Shown here: piece after piece, positions 19,650-29,065 of the stretch
Layout of the letters: each line of letters starts with the position of its first letter
Position numbering within the stretch: the first letter of the stretch is position 1
From: Oligoflexia bacterium
GTDB lineage: Bacteria; Bdellovibrionota; UBA1018
NCBI GenBank assembly: GCA_963758495.1
Contig: CAVWVI010000003.1
Span: forward strand, 992,001-1,056,000
Direction: 5' to 3'
DNA length: 64,000 bases
Made by a program: the position numbers and the translations under genes
Notes under the pieces: model-generated
The model's input: only the letters and a program-made list of their open reading frames with translations
Database searches by the model: none
What the model was told of the DNA's origin: nothing

Positions 19650-22580
19650 ATGTCACGCTGGATGAAGTTTGGAAATGTAATTATAGGGTTATCGATTCTA
19701 ATGACTTACAATTCAAAGCAAGGGGCCGCTGCCGTTTTTACCAATATCACCCCAGGTACAATTCAAAGTGTCTTTGCCTCTGGCAAGTGTCTCGATGTCA
19801 CCAATATGAGCACCTCACCAGGAGCAACCTTACAGATCTGGGATTGCTCTGGCACAGCCAATCAGACATTCGATATTCGATCAGATACAGGCGATATTCG
19901 GGTCTATAACGATTCAATGTGTTTAGACGTTTCTGGGGGAGTAGCCAAAAATGGAAGTGCGGTTATTATTTCCCCTTGCAATGGAGGCTCCAGCCAAAAG
20001 TGGTCGCTCTCATCTACCGGTCAAATTATAAGTACGAATGGTCAATGCCTTGACGTTATGAATTGGAATTCAAACAATGGCACCCAAATTCAGACCTGGA
20101 GTTGTACGGGGGGCACAAATGAGAAATGGACCTACACGCCAGACGTAGCACCTTCCCCAACGCCGACTCCAAGTTCAACTCCAACTCCGATGCTTTTCCA
20201 AAGTGTCTTTGCCTCTGGCAAGTGTCTCGATGTCACCAATATGAGCACCTCACCAGGAGCAACCTTGCAGATTTGGGATTGTTCTGGCACAGCCAATCAG
20301 ACATTCGATATTCGATCAGATACAGGCGATATTCGGGTCTATAACGATTCGATGTGTTTAGACGTTTCCGGGGGATTAGCCAAAAATGGAAGTGCGGTTA
20401 TTATTTCCCCTTGCAATGGAGGCTCCAGCCAAAAGTGGTCGCTTTCACCTACCGGTCAAATTATAAGTACGAATGGTCAATGCCTCGATATTACGAATTG
20501 GAATTCAAACAATGGTACCCAAATTCAGACCTGGAGCTGTACGGGGGGCACAAATGAGCAATGGGCCTACACGCCAACCGTAGTACCTTCCCCAACTCCG
20601 ACTCCAACTCCGACTCCAACTCCGACTCCAACTCCAACTCCGACTCCGACTCCGACTCCGACTCCGACTCCAACTCCGACTCCAACCCCAACTCCGACTC
20701 CAACGTCGACTCCAACTCCGATGTTTATCCAAAGTGTCTTTGCCTCTGGCAAGTGTCTCGATGTCACCAATATGAGCACCTCACCAGGAGCAACCTTACA
20801 GATCTGGGATTGTTCTGGCACAGCCAATCAGACATTCGATATTCGATCAGATACAGGCGATATTCGGGTCTATAACGATTCGATGTGTTTAGACGTTTCC
20901 GGGGGATTAGCCAAAAATGGAAGTGCGGTTATTATTTCCCCTTGCAATGGAGGCTCCAGCCAAAAGTGGTCGCTTTCACCTACCGGTCAAATTATAAGTA
21001 CGAATGGTCAATGCCTCGATATTACGAATTGGAATTCAAACGATGGCGCCCAAGTTCAGACCTGGAGCTGTACGGGGGGCACAAATGAGCAATGGACCTA
21101 CACGCCAAACCTACCACCTTCCCCAACGCCGACTCCAAGTTCAACCCCAAGCTCAACTCCAACATCAACTCCAACATCAACTCCAACATCAACTCCAACG
21201 TCGACTCCAACATCGACTCCAAGCTCAACCCCTTCAACTGGATCGAGTGTCCAGGTTTGGTTGACCACGCCTGATCAAGTCCATCTTTTGGAGCGGCAGT
21301 CAGATATCCAAATAGCTCCAGACACGGGCATCACCAATCCAGTCACCGTTACTGTCAATGATGGGCTGACTTACCAGCAAATGGACGGGTTTGGTGCTTC
21401 AATTACCGACTCAGCTGCATGGCTGATAGCCGAGAAGCTGAGTGCATCTCAACGGAGTGCTCTCATGACCCAACTTTTTGATCCAAATCAGGGTATCGGC
21501 GTGAGCTTCCTCAGGCAACCACTCGGAACAAGCGATCTCTCTTTGACGGATTTCACTTATGATGAAATGCCATCCGGACACACGGATCCGACACTCGCTA
21601 GTTTTTCAATCAGTCATGACCTTCCATATATCATTCCCGTGCTTCAACAGGCGCTCCAGATCAATCCAAGTATCAAAGTCATGATGACGCCTTGGACTGC
21701 GCCCACCTGGATGAAAACAAGTGACTCATTCATCGGAGGTACTCTCATTGATCCTACGTCCTACAGCCCTTATGCAAACTATATTGTAAAATCCATTCAG
21801 GCATACCAAGCTGCGGGAATCCCAATCTATGCAATAACACCCACAAATGAGCCTTTGAATGCGGGGAATTCTGCGTCCACGTCCCTAAGCTGGAATCAGG
21901 AGGACACCTTAGTCGGTAAGTATCTTGGTCCTGCCTTGTTAAATGCTGGCCTCACGACGAATATTTTGCTTTTTGACCATAACTGGGGAGACTATTCTTA
22001 TCCTATGTCTATTCTCAATGACCCGGTAGCAGCAAGTTATTCGGCGGGCTCGGCATTCCACTGCTATAGTGGAGATCCATCTGCCATGACTACTGTGCAT
22101 AATGCATATCCAAACAAAGACATTTATTTTACCGAGTGTAGCGGTGGCACATGGGGATCAGGATTTGCTGGGGATATGATATGGGATTTTCATAATCTCT
22201 TTATTGGATCCGTACGTAACTGGGCCAAAACTGTCGTACTCTGGGGCATGGCCTTAGATGACAACTATGGACCCACGCTCGATTGTCAGGGTTGCGAAGG
22301 TCTAGTGACCATTCATCAACCCACTGGCACCTACACGCCGAATGAGTTTTATTACTATACTGGGCATTCCAGTAAGTTTGTTGTCCCAGGAGCTTACCGA
22401 GTGGACTCCAACACATTCAATGGCGGCATTGAAAATGTTGCGTATAAAAATCCAGATGGCTCAATCGTGATGGTTGTTTTAAATAACAGTACGTCTAACA
22501 CCACCTTTAAGGTCATGTGGGGCAGTAACTCCTTTAGCTATACATTACCGGCTGGAGCGGTGGCGACATTAAAGTGGTAA
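19650..22580 (+). CDS. Secreted GH30 glycoside hydrolase (beta-1,6-glucanase-like) with three ricin-B/CBM13 domains and P/T linkers
   Basis: Three 'GKCLDV...LQIWDC...QxW' domains; 'GFGASITDS', acid/base 'TNEP', nucleophile 'FTECS', 'DHNW', CxxC 'CQGC'. Confidence 0.9.
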   Translation: MSRWMKFGNVIIGLSILMTYNSKQGAAAVFTNITPGTIQSVFASGKCLDVTNMSTSPGATLQIWDCSGTANQTFDIRSDTGDIRVYNDSMCLDVSGGVAKNGSAVIISPCNGGSSQKWSLSSTGQIISTNGQCLDVMNWNSNNGTQIQTWSCTGGTNEKWTYTPDVAPSPTPTPSSTPTPMLFQSVFASGKCLDVTNMSTSPGATLQIWDCSGTANQTFDIRSDTGDIRVYNDSMCLDVSGGLAKNGSAVIISPCNGGSSQKWSLSPTGQIISTNGQCLDITNWNSNNGTQIQTWSCTGGTNEQWAYTPTVVPSPTPTPTPTPTPTPTPTPTPTPTPTPTPTPTPTPTPTPTSTPTPMFIQSVFASGKCLDVTNMSTSPGATLQIWDCSGTANQTFDIRSDTGDIRVYNDSMCLDVSGGLAKNGSAVIISPCNGGSSQKWSLSPTGQIISTNGQCLDITNWNSNDGAQVQTWSCTGGTNEQWTYTPNLPPSPTPTPSSTPSSTPTSTPTSTPTSTPTSTPTSTPSSTPSTGSSVQVWLTTPDQVHLLERQSDIQIAPDTGITNPVTVTVNDGLTYQQMDGFGASITDSAAWLIAEKLSASQRSALMTQLFDPNQGIGVSFLRQPLGTSDLSLTDFTYDEMPSGHTDPTLASFSISHDLPYIIPVLQQALQINPSIKVMMTPWTAPTWMKTSDSFIGGTLIDPTSYSPYANYIVKSIQAYQAAGIPIYAITPTNEPLNAGNSASTSLSWNQEDTLVGKYLGPALLNAGLTTNILLFDHNWGDYSYPMSILNDPVAASYSAGSAFHCYSGDPSAMTTVHNAYPNKDIYFTECSGGTWGSGFAGDMIWDFHNLFIGSVRNWAKTVVLWGMALDDNYGPTLDCQGCEGLVTIHQPTGTYTPNEFYYYTGHSSKFVVPGAYRVDSNTFNGGIENVAYKNPDGSIVMVVLNNSTSNTTFKVMWGSNSFSYTLPAGAVATLKW
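19764..21107 (+). repeat. Three near-identical ~378-bp direct repeats encoding ricin-B domains
   Basis: Copies start at 19764, 20199 and 20730 (CAAAGTGTCTTTGCCTCTGGCAAGTG...). Confidence 0.95.
20592..20720 (+). repeat. 6-bp CC(A/G)ACT microsatellite encoding a (PT)n linker
   Basis: About 21 tandem units; a related STPT-type linker lies at ~21122-21237. Confidence 0.95.
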
Positions 22581-22616
22581 AAAAACTATAAGAAGGTAAG
22601 GATAACCGGTTTTTTT

Positions 22617-22656
22617 AAAAGAGGATGCTGCAATGAATGCAGCATCCTTTTTTTTT
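22617..22656. terminator. Intrinsic terminator between convergent GH30 and GT2
   Basis: AGGATGCTGCA-atgaa-TGCAGCATCCT followed by a T run and preceded by an A run. Confidence 0.85.
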
Positions 22657-24427
22657 AATCGTTCGATGAAGTTGGCTCATTCGACGGAGCTAACTCATTC
22701 GATGGAGCTAACTCATTCGATGGAGCTGACTCATTCGATGGAGCTGACTCATTTGACGGAGCGGAAATTCTGGTGGTAACATTCCACTTAGTCATATTGA
22801 ACGCGTTTCTATAGTGACCCATGACACTGATTGCACTCTTTAAAGGATCATAAAGGGTGTTGATCAAGTAGAATTTGGCATACTGCGCGGCATTCAGGTC
22901 TGGATGTTTCACATCCCCTACGTGATACCGAGAGGCAGCTATGATGACAATCGGCATAACCATTTGCGCTGCGGATGCAGCGATCATAGGGAAGTCCGGT
23001 CCCGCATTCTCTTTAACAACATAAGTCACTGCAGCTGCAACCGTATATGGAGTGATATAGCTGTACATCTCACGCCAATGGAGCAGAAAAAAGACCATGC
23101 CTTTCCGATAGAGGGATAAGTCTTTATTGACCAGTAGCTTCGCATGACGGAGAGCGACTTGAGACCAGCCTTGTGTCCAACGAAGGCGTTGTTTGAATAA
23201 AGCATCTAAAGACGGTGGTGCTTCTTCAAATGAAACTACAGTTGGATCGTAAACGATATTCGCACCGTTTTTCATAGATCTGAAAGATGAATCGATGTCC
23301 TCAGTCAACATCGAGCCATCCATTCCAATCTTTTCTAAAAGATTGAATTTCCAATAGCCATTAGTTCCACCAAAGAATGCGAAGTTACGCAGGACAGAAC
23401 CGCCAGCATGGTTAACACCATAGATCATATCAAACTCAGCAGCAACCATGGGGGACCCTCGAGTGATGGCACAACGCCCTTGGAGTAGATCCGCATTTTT
23501 TTCTTTCATGGTTTGGAGAGCGTAAACAAGTGCGTTCTGGTCGGGCTGATGGTCTGCATCATAGAGAATACAAAGTTCAGGTCGAACTTCAGCACTGCCT
23601 AGTACCTTCACTGCTTCGTTGACGTTCTCAGCTTTAGAATGAGAGGTTTCGACACTCAGGTCTTGGATCTCAACACCCTCTTGTAAGGGCAAATTCTTGA
23701 TCTGATTCCTTAAAGTTTCTATTTGCTCGGGAGTGCCTCCGTTATGGGCTACAAACACCTTAAAATGAGCACCTTCAGGAAGGCGAAGTGAGGTGACTGC
23801 TTTCATCGAGTCCTCTAGAACGCCGATTTCATTTGGAAGGTAGGCAGAAATGATTGCGGATAACGACTTTGGAAGATCCGCTGTCGTTGCATTTTTATGA
23901 AGTTTCTTATGAGAACGCCAAGAATGAAACGACGCAAGCGCTTCTGAAAATAACCAAGCATTGGTTACCATAATAGCTCCAGATCCGACCCAGTAAATGA
24001 CAGGTAAATACTCAACAGGAGTTTCTACAGCTACAGCGGCAGGGATTCCCAAAAGAACAGCTCCGACATAGAGATACTGGGCCTTTTCTTTCACGAAATT
24101 GCAGAATTTATCAAAACACCTCGAAGTTCTTGACGGGGTCTTTGCTTCATTGGAGCTTTCTAATATTTGTGAATCGGTCGGGGGAGCAATTTCGGGACTA
24201 TCTCCAGGGCAGACTTCCTCAAGTGGAAGTTCGTTTTTCGAACTCTTCTTACAGAGATCTCCTAAAGTGAGTATTTCAATGATCGTATCATTGGTAGTGG
24301 GAACGCTCGGGACGGCCGAGTCATCATTTACGGAAATGCTGACTGAGTCAGCTGGACCTGCAGCATAGGAAGCCGTAATGCTTTGGCAAAAGAGGGTGAG
24401 TACTAAAAGACTACTTATTTTTTTCAT
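22655..24427 (-). CDS. Processive GT2 glycosyltransferase (cellulose-synthase-like) with signal-peptide-like N-terminus
   Basis: 'SKAEN', 'YDADH', 'LTEDID', 'KQRLRW'; TM helices on both sides of the catalytic domain. Confidence 0.9.
   Translation of the reverse strand: MKKISSLLVLTLFCQSITASYAAGPADSVSISVNDDSAVPSVPTTNDTIIEILTLGDLCKKSSKNELPLEEVCPGDSPEIAPPTDSQILESSNEAKTPSRTSRCFDKFCNFVKEKAQYLYVGAVLLGIPAAVAVETPVEYLPVIYWVGSGAIMVTNAWLFSEALASFHSWRSHKKLHKNATTADLPKSLSAIISAYLPNEIGVLEDSMKAVTSLRLPEGAHFKVFVAHNGGTPEQIETLRNQIKNLPLQEGVEIQDLSVETSHSKAENVNEAVKVLGSAEVRPELCILYDADHQPDQNALVYALQTMKEKNADLLQGRCAITRGSPMVAAEFDMIYGVNHAGGSVLRNFAFFGGTNGYWKFNLLEKIGMDGSMLTEDIDSSFRSMKNGANIVYDPTVVSFEEAPPSLDALFKQRLRWTQGWSQVALRHAKLLVNKDLSLYRKGMVFFLLHWREMYSYITPYTVAAAVTYVVKENAGPDFPMIAASAAQMVMPIVIIAASRYHVGDVKHPDLNAAQYAKFYLINTLYDPLKSAISVMGHYRNAFNMTKWNVTTRISAPSNESAPSNESAPSNELAPSNELAPSNEPTSSND
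22676..22762 (-). repeat. 18-bp tandem repeat x5 encoding (S/L)APSNE
   Basis: Unit CTCATTCGATGGAGCT(A/G)A on the + strand. Confidence 0.9.
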
Positions 24428-24970
24428 AAAATCCTAAAAAAGTTATTTTTGCAGATGGCCTGACGACTCCATTTGCTTTGTTTATTTACTTAAGATTGAT
24501 GTACTATCACTTATTAGACTAAAAGGAAATAATATTCTTAATATAAATTATAAATAATGCCTAATTAATCATAAATAAATGCATCTTCTCTGTTTATTTA
24601 AATACTTAGGCGTGATTTGTATTTATGTTTTCAGGTAGCAACATCGTCTTTAAGCCTGAGATTATTGCTGTAATTATCATTCATGGAGGGAGATCTTCAA
24701 TTTTTTCACTCGGGCTTAATTCAATATTTTTACCAGCATAAAAACAACTAACTAATTTAATTCCTACTTCACGCTTCACTCATAAATGAGAGGAATCCGC
24801 ATGAATTCGGCACATTGTACTTTAAGTCTCTGATACTGACTCGAACTAGAGACCAAACTTGAAATTTATTACGAATCAGTAAGAAGATTAAAAACAGAAA
24901 AATAAGCTACACGGCAAACTTGTTATATTTAATTATTTGCACCTGAGTATCAGTTTTGATTGAACGGAGA

Positions 24971-25003
24971 ATTTACTCACCCTTGAGGGGGAGGTGAGTA
25001 AAT
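24971..25003. terminator. Inverted repeat, possible terminator downstream of the second GH30
   Basis: Perfect 11-bp arms ATTTACTCACC / GGTGAGTAAAT; no strong U tract. Confidence 0.5.
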
Positions 25004-25159
25004 CTTTAAACTACCTTACTGCCCAAGAAACTCCCGCATTTACGCGAGAGTTATTTAATAAAGACACAGCAAGGCTCAGCTATGATGTAAGAGAGAGCTT
25101 TACCCTGCCCTCATTGATCTTCAAACAGAGCTTCGCGCGCTAAATCCCTAACTACGTGA

Positions 25160-26965
25160 TTAGTTCCCTTTAGCAAGTTTTAGAGCGTTTATCACGACAA
25201 CAAGCCAGAAGGCGACCCGCTTGGAAGTGGCTCCAGAAACAGAGACTGAATCAGGTCGATGCGGAGTGATTCCAGTGGTTGGATCATTTGAATCAACAGG
25301 AGCAGAAAATGGATTACCACCATAAATAGAGACTGGATTAGGAGTGGTAGAGTTTAGAGCGGATTCACCACCGGAAGTGCCGGAAGTGGTAGAGTTTAGA
25401 GCGGATTCACCACTGGAAATGGTAGAGTTTAGAGTGGGAGTAGGAGCGGAAGCGGTAGAGTTCTGAGCCAGTGGATACGTCATTACATGAGTAATAACGG
25501 ACTTCGCTGGGAGATCAAAATATAGATAATAGCCATCAATATTTAATTTATAGAGTTGATCGGAGCCATTATCGTTGTAAACGACCACTACGACTGATTT
25601 GTCAGGATTTATCGCTGACATTGAGTATACATTTTGATTACCTTGAATCGTAGGAGGAATGTAAAAGGCACCGGATTTGATAAATTTAGATAGATGCCCT
25701 AAAGCGTAATACTCATCTTCAAATGTTATGGTACTCAGATTAGCAACTGTAACGAGACCTTTACAGTCCTCACAGCCACCCCATAATTTAGGGCCATAAT
25801 GATTATCGAGTACAATATTCCAGAAAATTACGGTTTTTGCTGCGTTAGCTATGCTTCCCATCAGGGTGTCTTTTAGGTCATACCCTACATTGAGCGCATC
25901 GCCTTTCTGAGTGTAATTTCCATATCCCGTGGCCTCGTTGAAGTAGACCTCTTTGCCAGGGTTTGCGGCATTGAATAGACCTTGATCGGCAGGGACGCCA
26001 AAGTAGTTATGCCAGGCAGTTCCGCTAATGTATTGATTAGCTTCAGGGTCTGCCGTAAAAAAATCTAAAGGCAAATTTTGGAAGCCTGCACGGTCTTCCA
26101 CCCAGTTATGGTCCCAGGCGATAACCTTTGTATTATTCAATCCGTTGGCCTGCAGTTCTTGAGCTATGGCAACTCCTAGGGCGCGCTGCTGGTCGATCGT
26201 CAATATCATTGTGGGAAAGTCCGGCTCCTCAACTGAGGGTTCATTTTGTATGGTTATTGTAGTAAAGTTAATGGAGCGTCCCGGTTGTTGAAACTCCTGA
26301 AGAACCATTCTTAAATACTTGGCATAGGTCGCGATCGTTTCATTGCCAGGTAATAAGGTGCCACCATAGAGATTTTGTGTAACCTTAAGCCAGCCTGGTG
26401 CCGAAAAGGGCGTGGCCATAAGTAGCAGTTCATCGCCTTCACTCTCTTTTATAGCCTTAATTTCATGAATAAGTGGAATGATATAAAGGTCATCGTGTGC
26501 GAGAGAAATTTTCGCTAAATTTTCGTCAGCTGTCCCTACTTGATCAGGAGTCAGATCATCGTAAGTGTAGTGATTGAGACTTGCCGGATGGGTAAATTCT
26601 GTAGCTCCTAATGGCAGCCGTATATAGTTTAAACCAATTCCATTAATGCTAGAAAAAAGCACAGACAGAACTTGGCTTTTTTCGGCATCGGGTAAATCGG
26701 AAATGAGTCTAGCGGATGAATCCGTAAGCGCCGCTCCAAATCCCTCAAGTTGTTGTTTCGTATTTGTGCTATCGACGGAAACTTCGGTGTCAGCCGCACC
26801 ACTGGTTAACCCCGTGTTATAAGGCGCCATTCGTACAGTACTATCAACCGCTGATGAGAGCCAGCTTTGTATTTTAGGGTCCGCTCCAGAAACAATACTT
26901 GGGTTTTGGCCCTGAATTGCTAAAGATCCGATCGTCAACACTGAAAACAATTTTATAGCTAACAC
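25160..26965 (-). CDS. Secreted GH30 glycoside hydrolase with S/T-rich tail and hydrophobic C-terminus
   Basis: TTG start with SD GGAGG; 'GFGAALTDSS', 'QNEP', 'WDHNW', 'FNEAT', 'CEDC'; repeats of ALNSTT at ~25341-25468. Confidence 0.88.
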   Translation of the reverse strand: MLAIKLFSVLTIGSLAIQGQNPSIVSGADPKIQSWLSSAVDSTVRMAPYNTGLTSGAADTEVSVDSTNTKQQLEGFGAALTDSSARLISDLPDAEKSQVLSVLFSSINGIGLNYIRLPLGATEFTHPASLNHYTYDDLTPDQVGTADENLAKISLAHDDLYIIPLIHEIKAIKESEGDELLLMATPFSAPGWLKVTQNLYGGTLLPGNETIATYAKYLRMVLQEFQQPGRSINFTTITIQNEPSVEEPDFPTMILTIDQQRALGVAIAQELQANGLNNTKVIAWDHNWVEDRAGFQNLPLDFFTADPEANQYISGTAWHNYFGVPADQGLFNAANPGKEVYFNEATGYGNYTQKGDALNVGYDLKDTLMGSIANAAKTVIFWNIVLDNHYGPKLWGGCEDCKGLVTVANLSTITFEDEYYALGHLSKFIKSGAFYIPPTIQGNQNVYSMSAINPDKSVVVVVYNDNGSDQLYKLNIDGYYLYFDLPAKSVITHVMTYPLAQNSTASAPTPTLNSTISSGESALNSTTSGTSGGESALNSTTPNPVSIYGGNPFSAPVDSNDPTTGITPHRPDSVSVSGATSKRVAFWLVVVINALKLAKGN

Positions 26966-27347
26966 CTAAAACCTCCGACTTTTAAACGCATCCTTTAATT
27001 TCCTCTAATAACTTCTTCAAGAAAAATTCGAGAATGTTCTTAATACTTAATCAATAAGTACATATACACTAATTAAATACTATATCAACAATTAATAATA
27101 AAAAATCCACCCATCAGGGCTGAGACACTTGCATTTCGATTCCTTAACTACCTGAAAAATAGGGGCTTTTAACTTTTTAAGATCTCAAAAAATTTTTTTA
27201 ATGTGATTTGAAATTCTATTTATTAATAAATTATCATTGAATAATTAGCAATACAAAACATAGACAAACAACAACCAGATCGGTTGTACAACTGCAAGAG
27301 ATTAAATAGATTCTTGTCATACTACTGGAAAGATATATTTGGCCGAA

Positions 27348-28250
27348 TCAGTCCCGACTTGCAACTCTCTCCCCGAGTTGGATCCATGTCTCTCTACCAC
27401 GCAAAGTCTGCGCTAAAAGATCCGCATCCGGAGTCCATGCGCCGGGCTCACCTAATACAATCACAGTAGAGCCACCGAATAAGAAATACCCTTTCTCATC
27501 GCCTCGTCTAAAAGAAGTATCGGGCCGATGAGTCTGAACAATCTTTCCAACGCAAAGAGCACCCACTTCGATATAAGCTAGCTTGCCGAAATTCTGGGTC
27601 TCCAGAATACTCACTTGACGCTCATTCGTGATAAAAACATTTTCTTTATACTGAAGTGCGATTGGATTTACCGAGTGAAGATTTCCATGCAAGGTATAGC
27701 TTTCCAATACTTTACCAGAATCTGGAAAATGAAAGCGATGATAATCAGTGGGACAAAGTCGAGCCAAAAGTAAGGCCCCTCCATGAAATGGTTTTGCTTT
27801 TTCTTCGCTCCCCAATAAGGCGGCCGCGGAAAGAGCCGTACCTTTTACTGGAAATTTTTGCTCAGAAAGAATCTCTTCAAATGCATAGTAACGAGCTTCA
27901 GAAAATGCTGGCATTTCAGACGGCTTCTGAACAAAACTTCGTAAGCCTGGTTTAAATTTTCGGATAAAAAAATCATTAAAAGTTTTGAAATTTACGTCTT
28001 CAAATTCATCCATTCGAATTTGAAATTTTTTTACGAATGGCTTTACTTTATGTCCGCTGAGACTGGAAGCTTGATAAGCACCGTAAATTTGACTCACCCA
28101 AGGCTTAGATAGGACTCGATCAACTAATTGCTGACCAAGCTTTGTACCATAAGCCCATCGCAAAACCCCATCCCCATAAACCTGTTCGACCTCTTCTCGT
28201 GACTCTTTACGATTCCAAAATAAAATTCGGCTCTCGGTTGCATCCGCCAT
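27348..28250 (-). CDS. psd: Phosphatidylserine decarboxylase (GGST-type)
   Basis: 'FNDFFIRK', 'RLCPTDYHRFHFP', 'GYFLFGGSTV'. Confidence 0.92.
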   Translation of the reverse strand: MADATESRILFWNRKESREEVEQVYGDGVLRWAYGTKLGQQLVDRVLSKPWVSQIYGAYQASSLSGHKVKPFVKKFQIRMDEFEDVNFKTFNDFFIRKFKPGLRSFVQKPSEMPAFSEARYYAFEEILSEQKFPVKGTALSAAALLGSEEKAKPFHGGALLLARLCPTDYHRFHFPDSGKVLESYTLHGNLHSVNPIALQYKENVFITNERQVSILETQNFGKLAYIEVGALCVGKIVQTHRPDTSFRRGDEKGYFLFGGSTVIVLGEPGAWTPDADLLAQTLRGRETWIQLGERVASRD

Positions 28251-28257
28251 ACTTCGT

Positions 28258-29061
28258 TTACCCTTCTCGTAACTTTTTACTCCGTCTCGCCGCAGCCAAT
28301 ACTGCTTTGATTAAAGTCACTCGAAGTTTTCCTTCTTCAAGTGCCATCAATCCATCAATGGTACAACCTGCCGGAGTAGTCACTTCATCCTTAAGAGCTG
28401 CAGGATGGACACCTCTCTTCAGCACCATCTGAGCCGAACCTGCTAACGTCTGAGCTGCCAAAAGAGTCGATACCGAACGCGACAAGCCCATTTTCACACC
28501 AGCCTCGCTCAGTGCCTCAATAATCAAGTAGACATAGGCCGGCCCACAGCCGCTCAATCCGGTTACTCCATCCATGAGTGCCTCTTCAACAACAGCCGTT
28601 TCCCCCATTGTATCGAAAATTTTTCGAGCAACCGAAAGATCTCTTTTCTGGGTTCGGGGCCCTGCGCATAAAACAGTCATTCCTTGTCCAATTAAACAAG
28701 GAGTATTGGGCATAGCACGAACGATCGAGGCTTTGTTTCCAGACCAATCCGAAAGTTGTTGTGTTGTTACGGCGGCACATAAAGAAATCAGAAGATGCTT
28801 TTCCTGAATTTGAGGAGCAACAGAACAGAGAACACTTTCAGCTTGATGAGGTTTAACACAAAGAAGTATGACTTCTGAAGAACTGATTAACCTTTCGTTA
28901 TCTGTATGACACTCAATCAAAAGCCGGCGAGAAATTTCCTGAGCACTCGTTTGAGTTCGGGTAGTTCCTGTAATTTCATTTTCTTTGGAGAGGGGCGAAA
29001 GTGCAAGTCCCTGAACGACCGCTTCTCCCATTTTACCAAATCCTAAAATTCCGATTTTCAT
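28258..29061 (-). CDS. proC: Pyrroline-5-carboxylate reductase
   Basis: 'GFGKMG', 'RAMPNTP', 'VTTPAGCT'. Confidence 0.95.
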   Translation of the reverse strand: MKIGILGFGKMGEAVVQGLALSPLSKENEITGTTRTQTSAQEISRRLLIECHTDNERLISSSEVILLCVKPHQAESVLCSVAPQIQEKHLLISLCAAVTTQQLSDWSGNKASIVRAMPNTPCLIGQGMTVLCAGPRTQKRDLSVARKIFDTMGETAVVEEALMDGVTGLSGCGPAYVYLIIEALSEAGVKMGLSRSVSTLLAAQTLAGSAQMVLKRGVHPAALKDEVTTPAGCTIDGLMALEEGKLRVTLIKAVLAAARRSKKLREG

Positions 29062-29065
29062 TGCA

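Noticed and set aside
19764..21240. Possible CRISPR array or non-coding repeat
   Set aside because: Repeats are in-frame ricin domains and P/T linkers; no unique spacers and no cas genes.
20126..21274. Short alternative-frame ORFs (SD-, RS-, GV-, ES-repeat peptides)
   Set aside because: Shadows of the 6-bp microsatellite inside the GH30 gene.
22676..22762. 18-bp repeats as a mini-CRISPR
   Set aside because: Contiguous tandem units without spacers, coding in frame.
24430..25160. c-di-GMP or other riboswitch upstream of the GT2
   Set aside because: Only isolated hairpins; no recognisable riboswitch consensus on the coding strand.
18780..27340. Glycan island as a mobile element
   Set aside because: No integrase, transposase, terminal repeats or target duplication seen; only accessory-like spacing.
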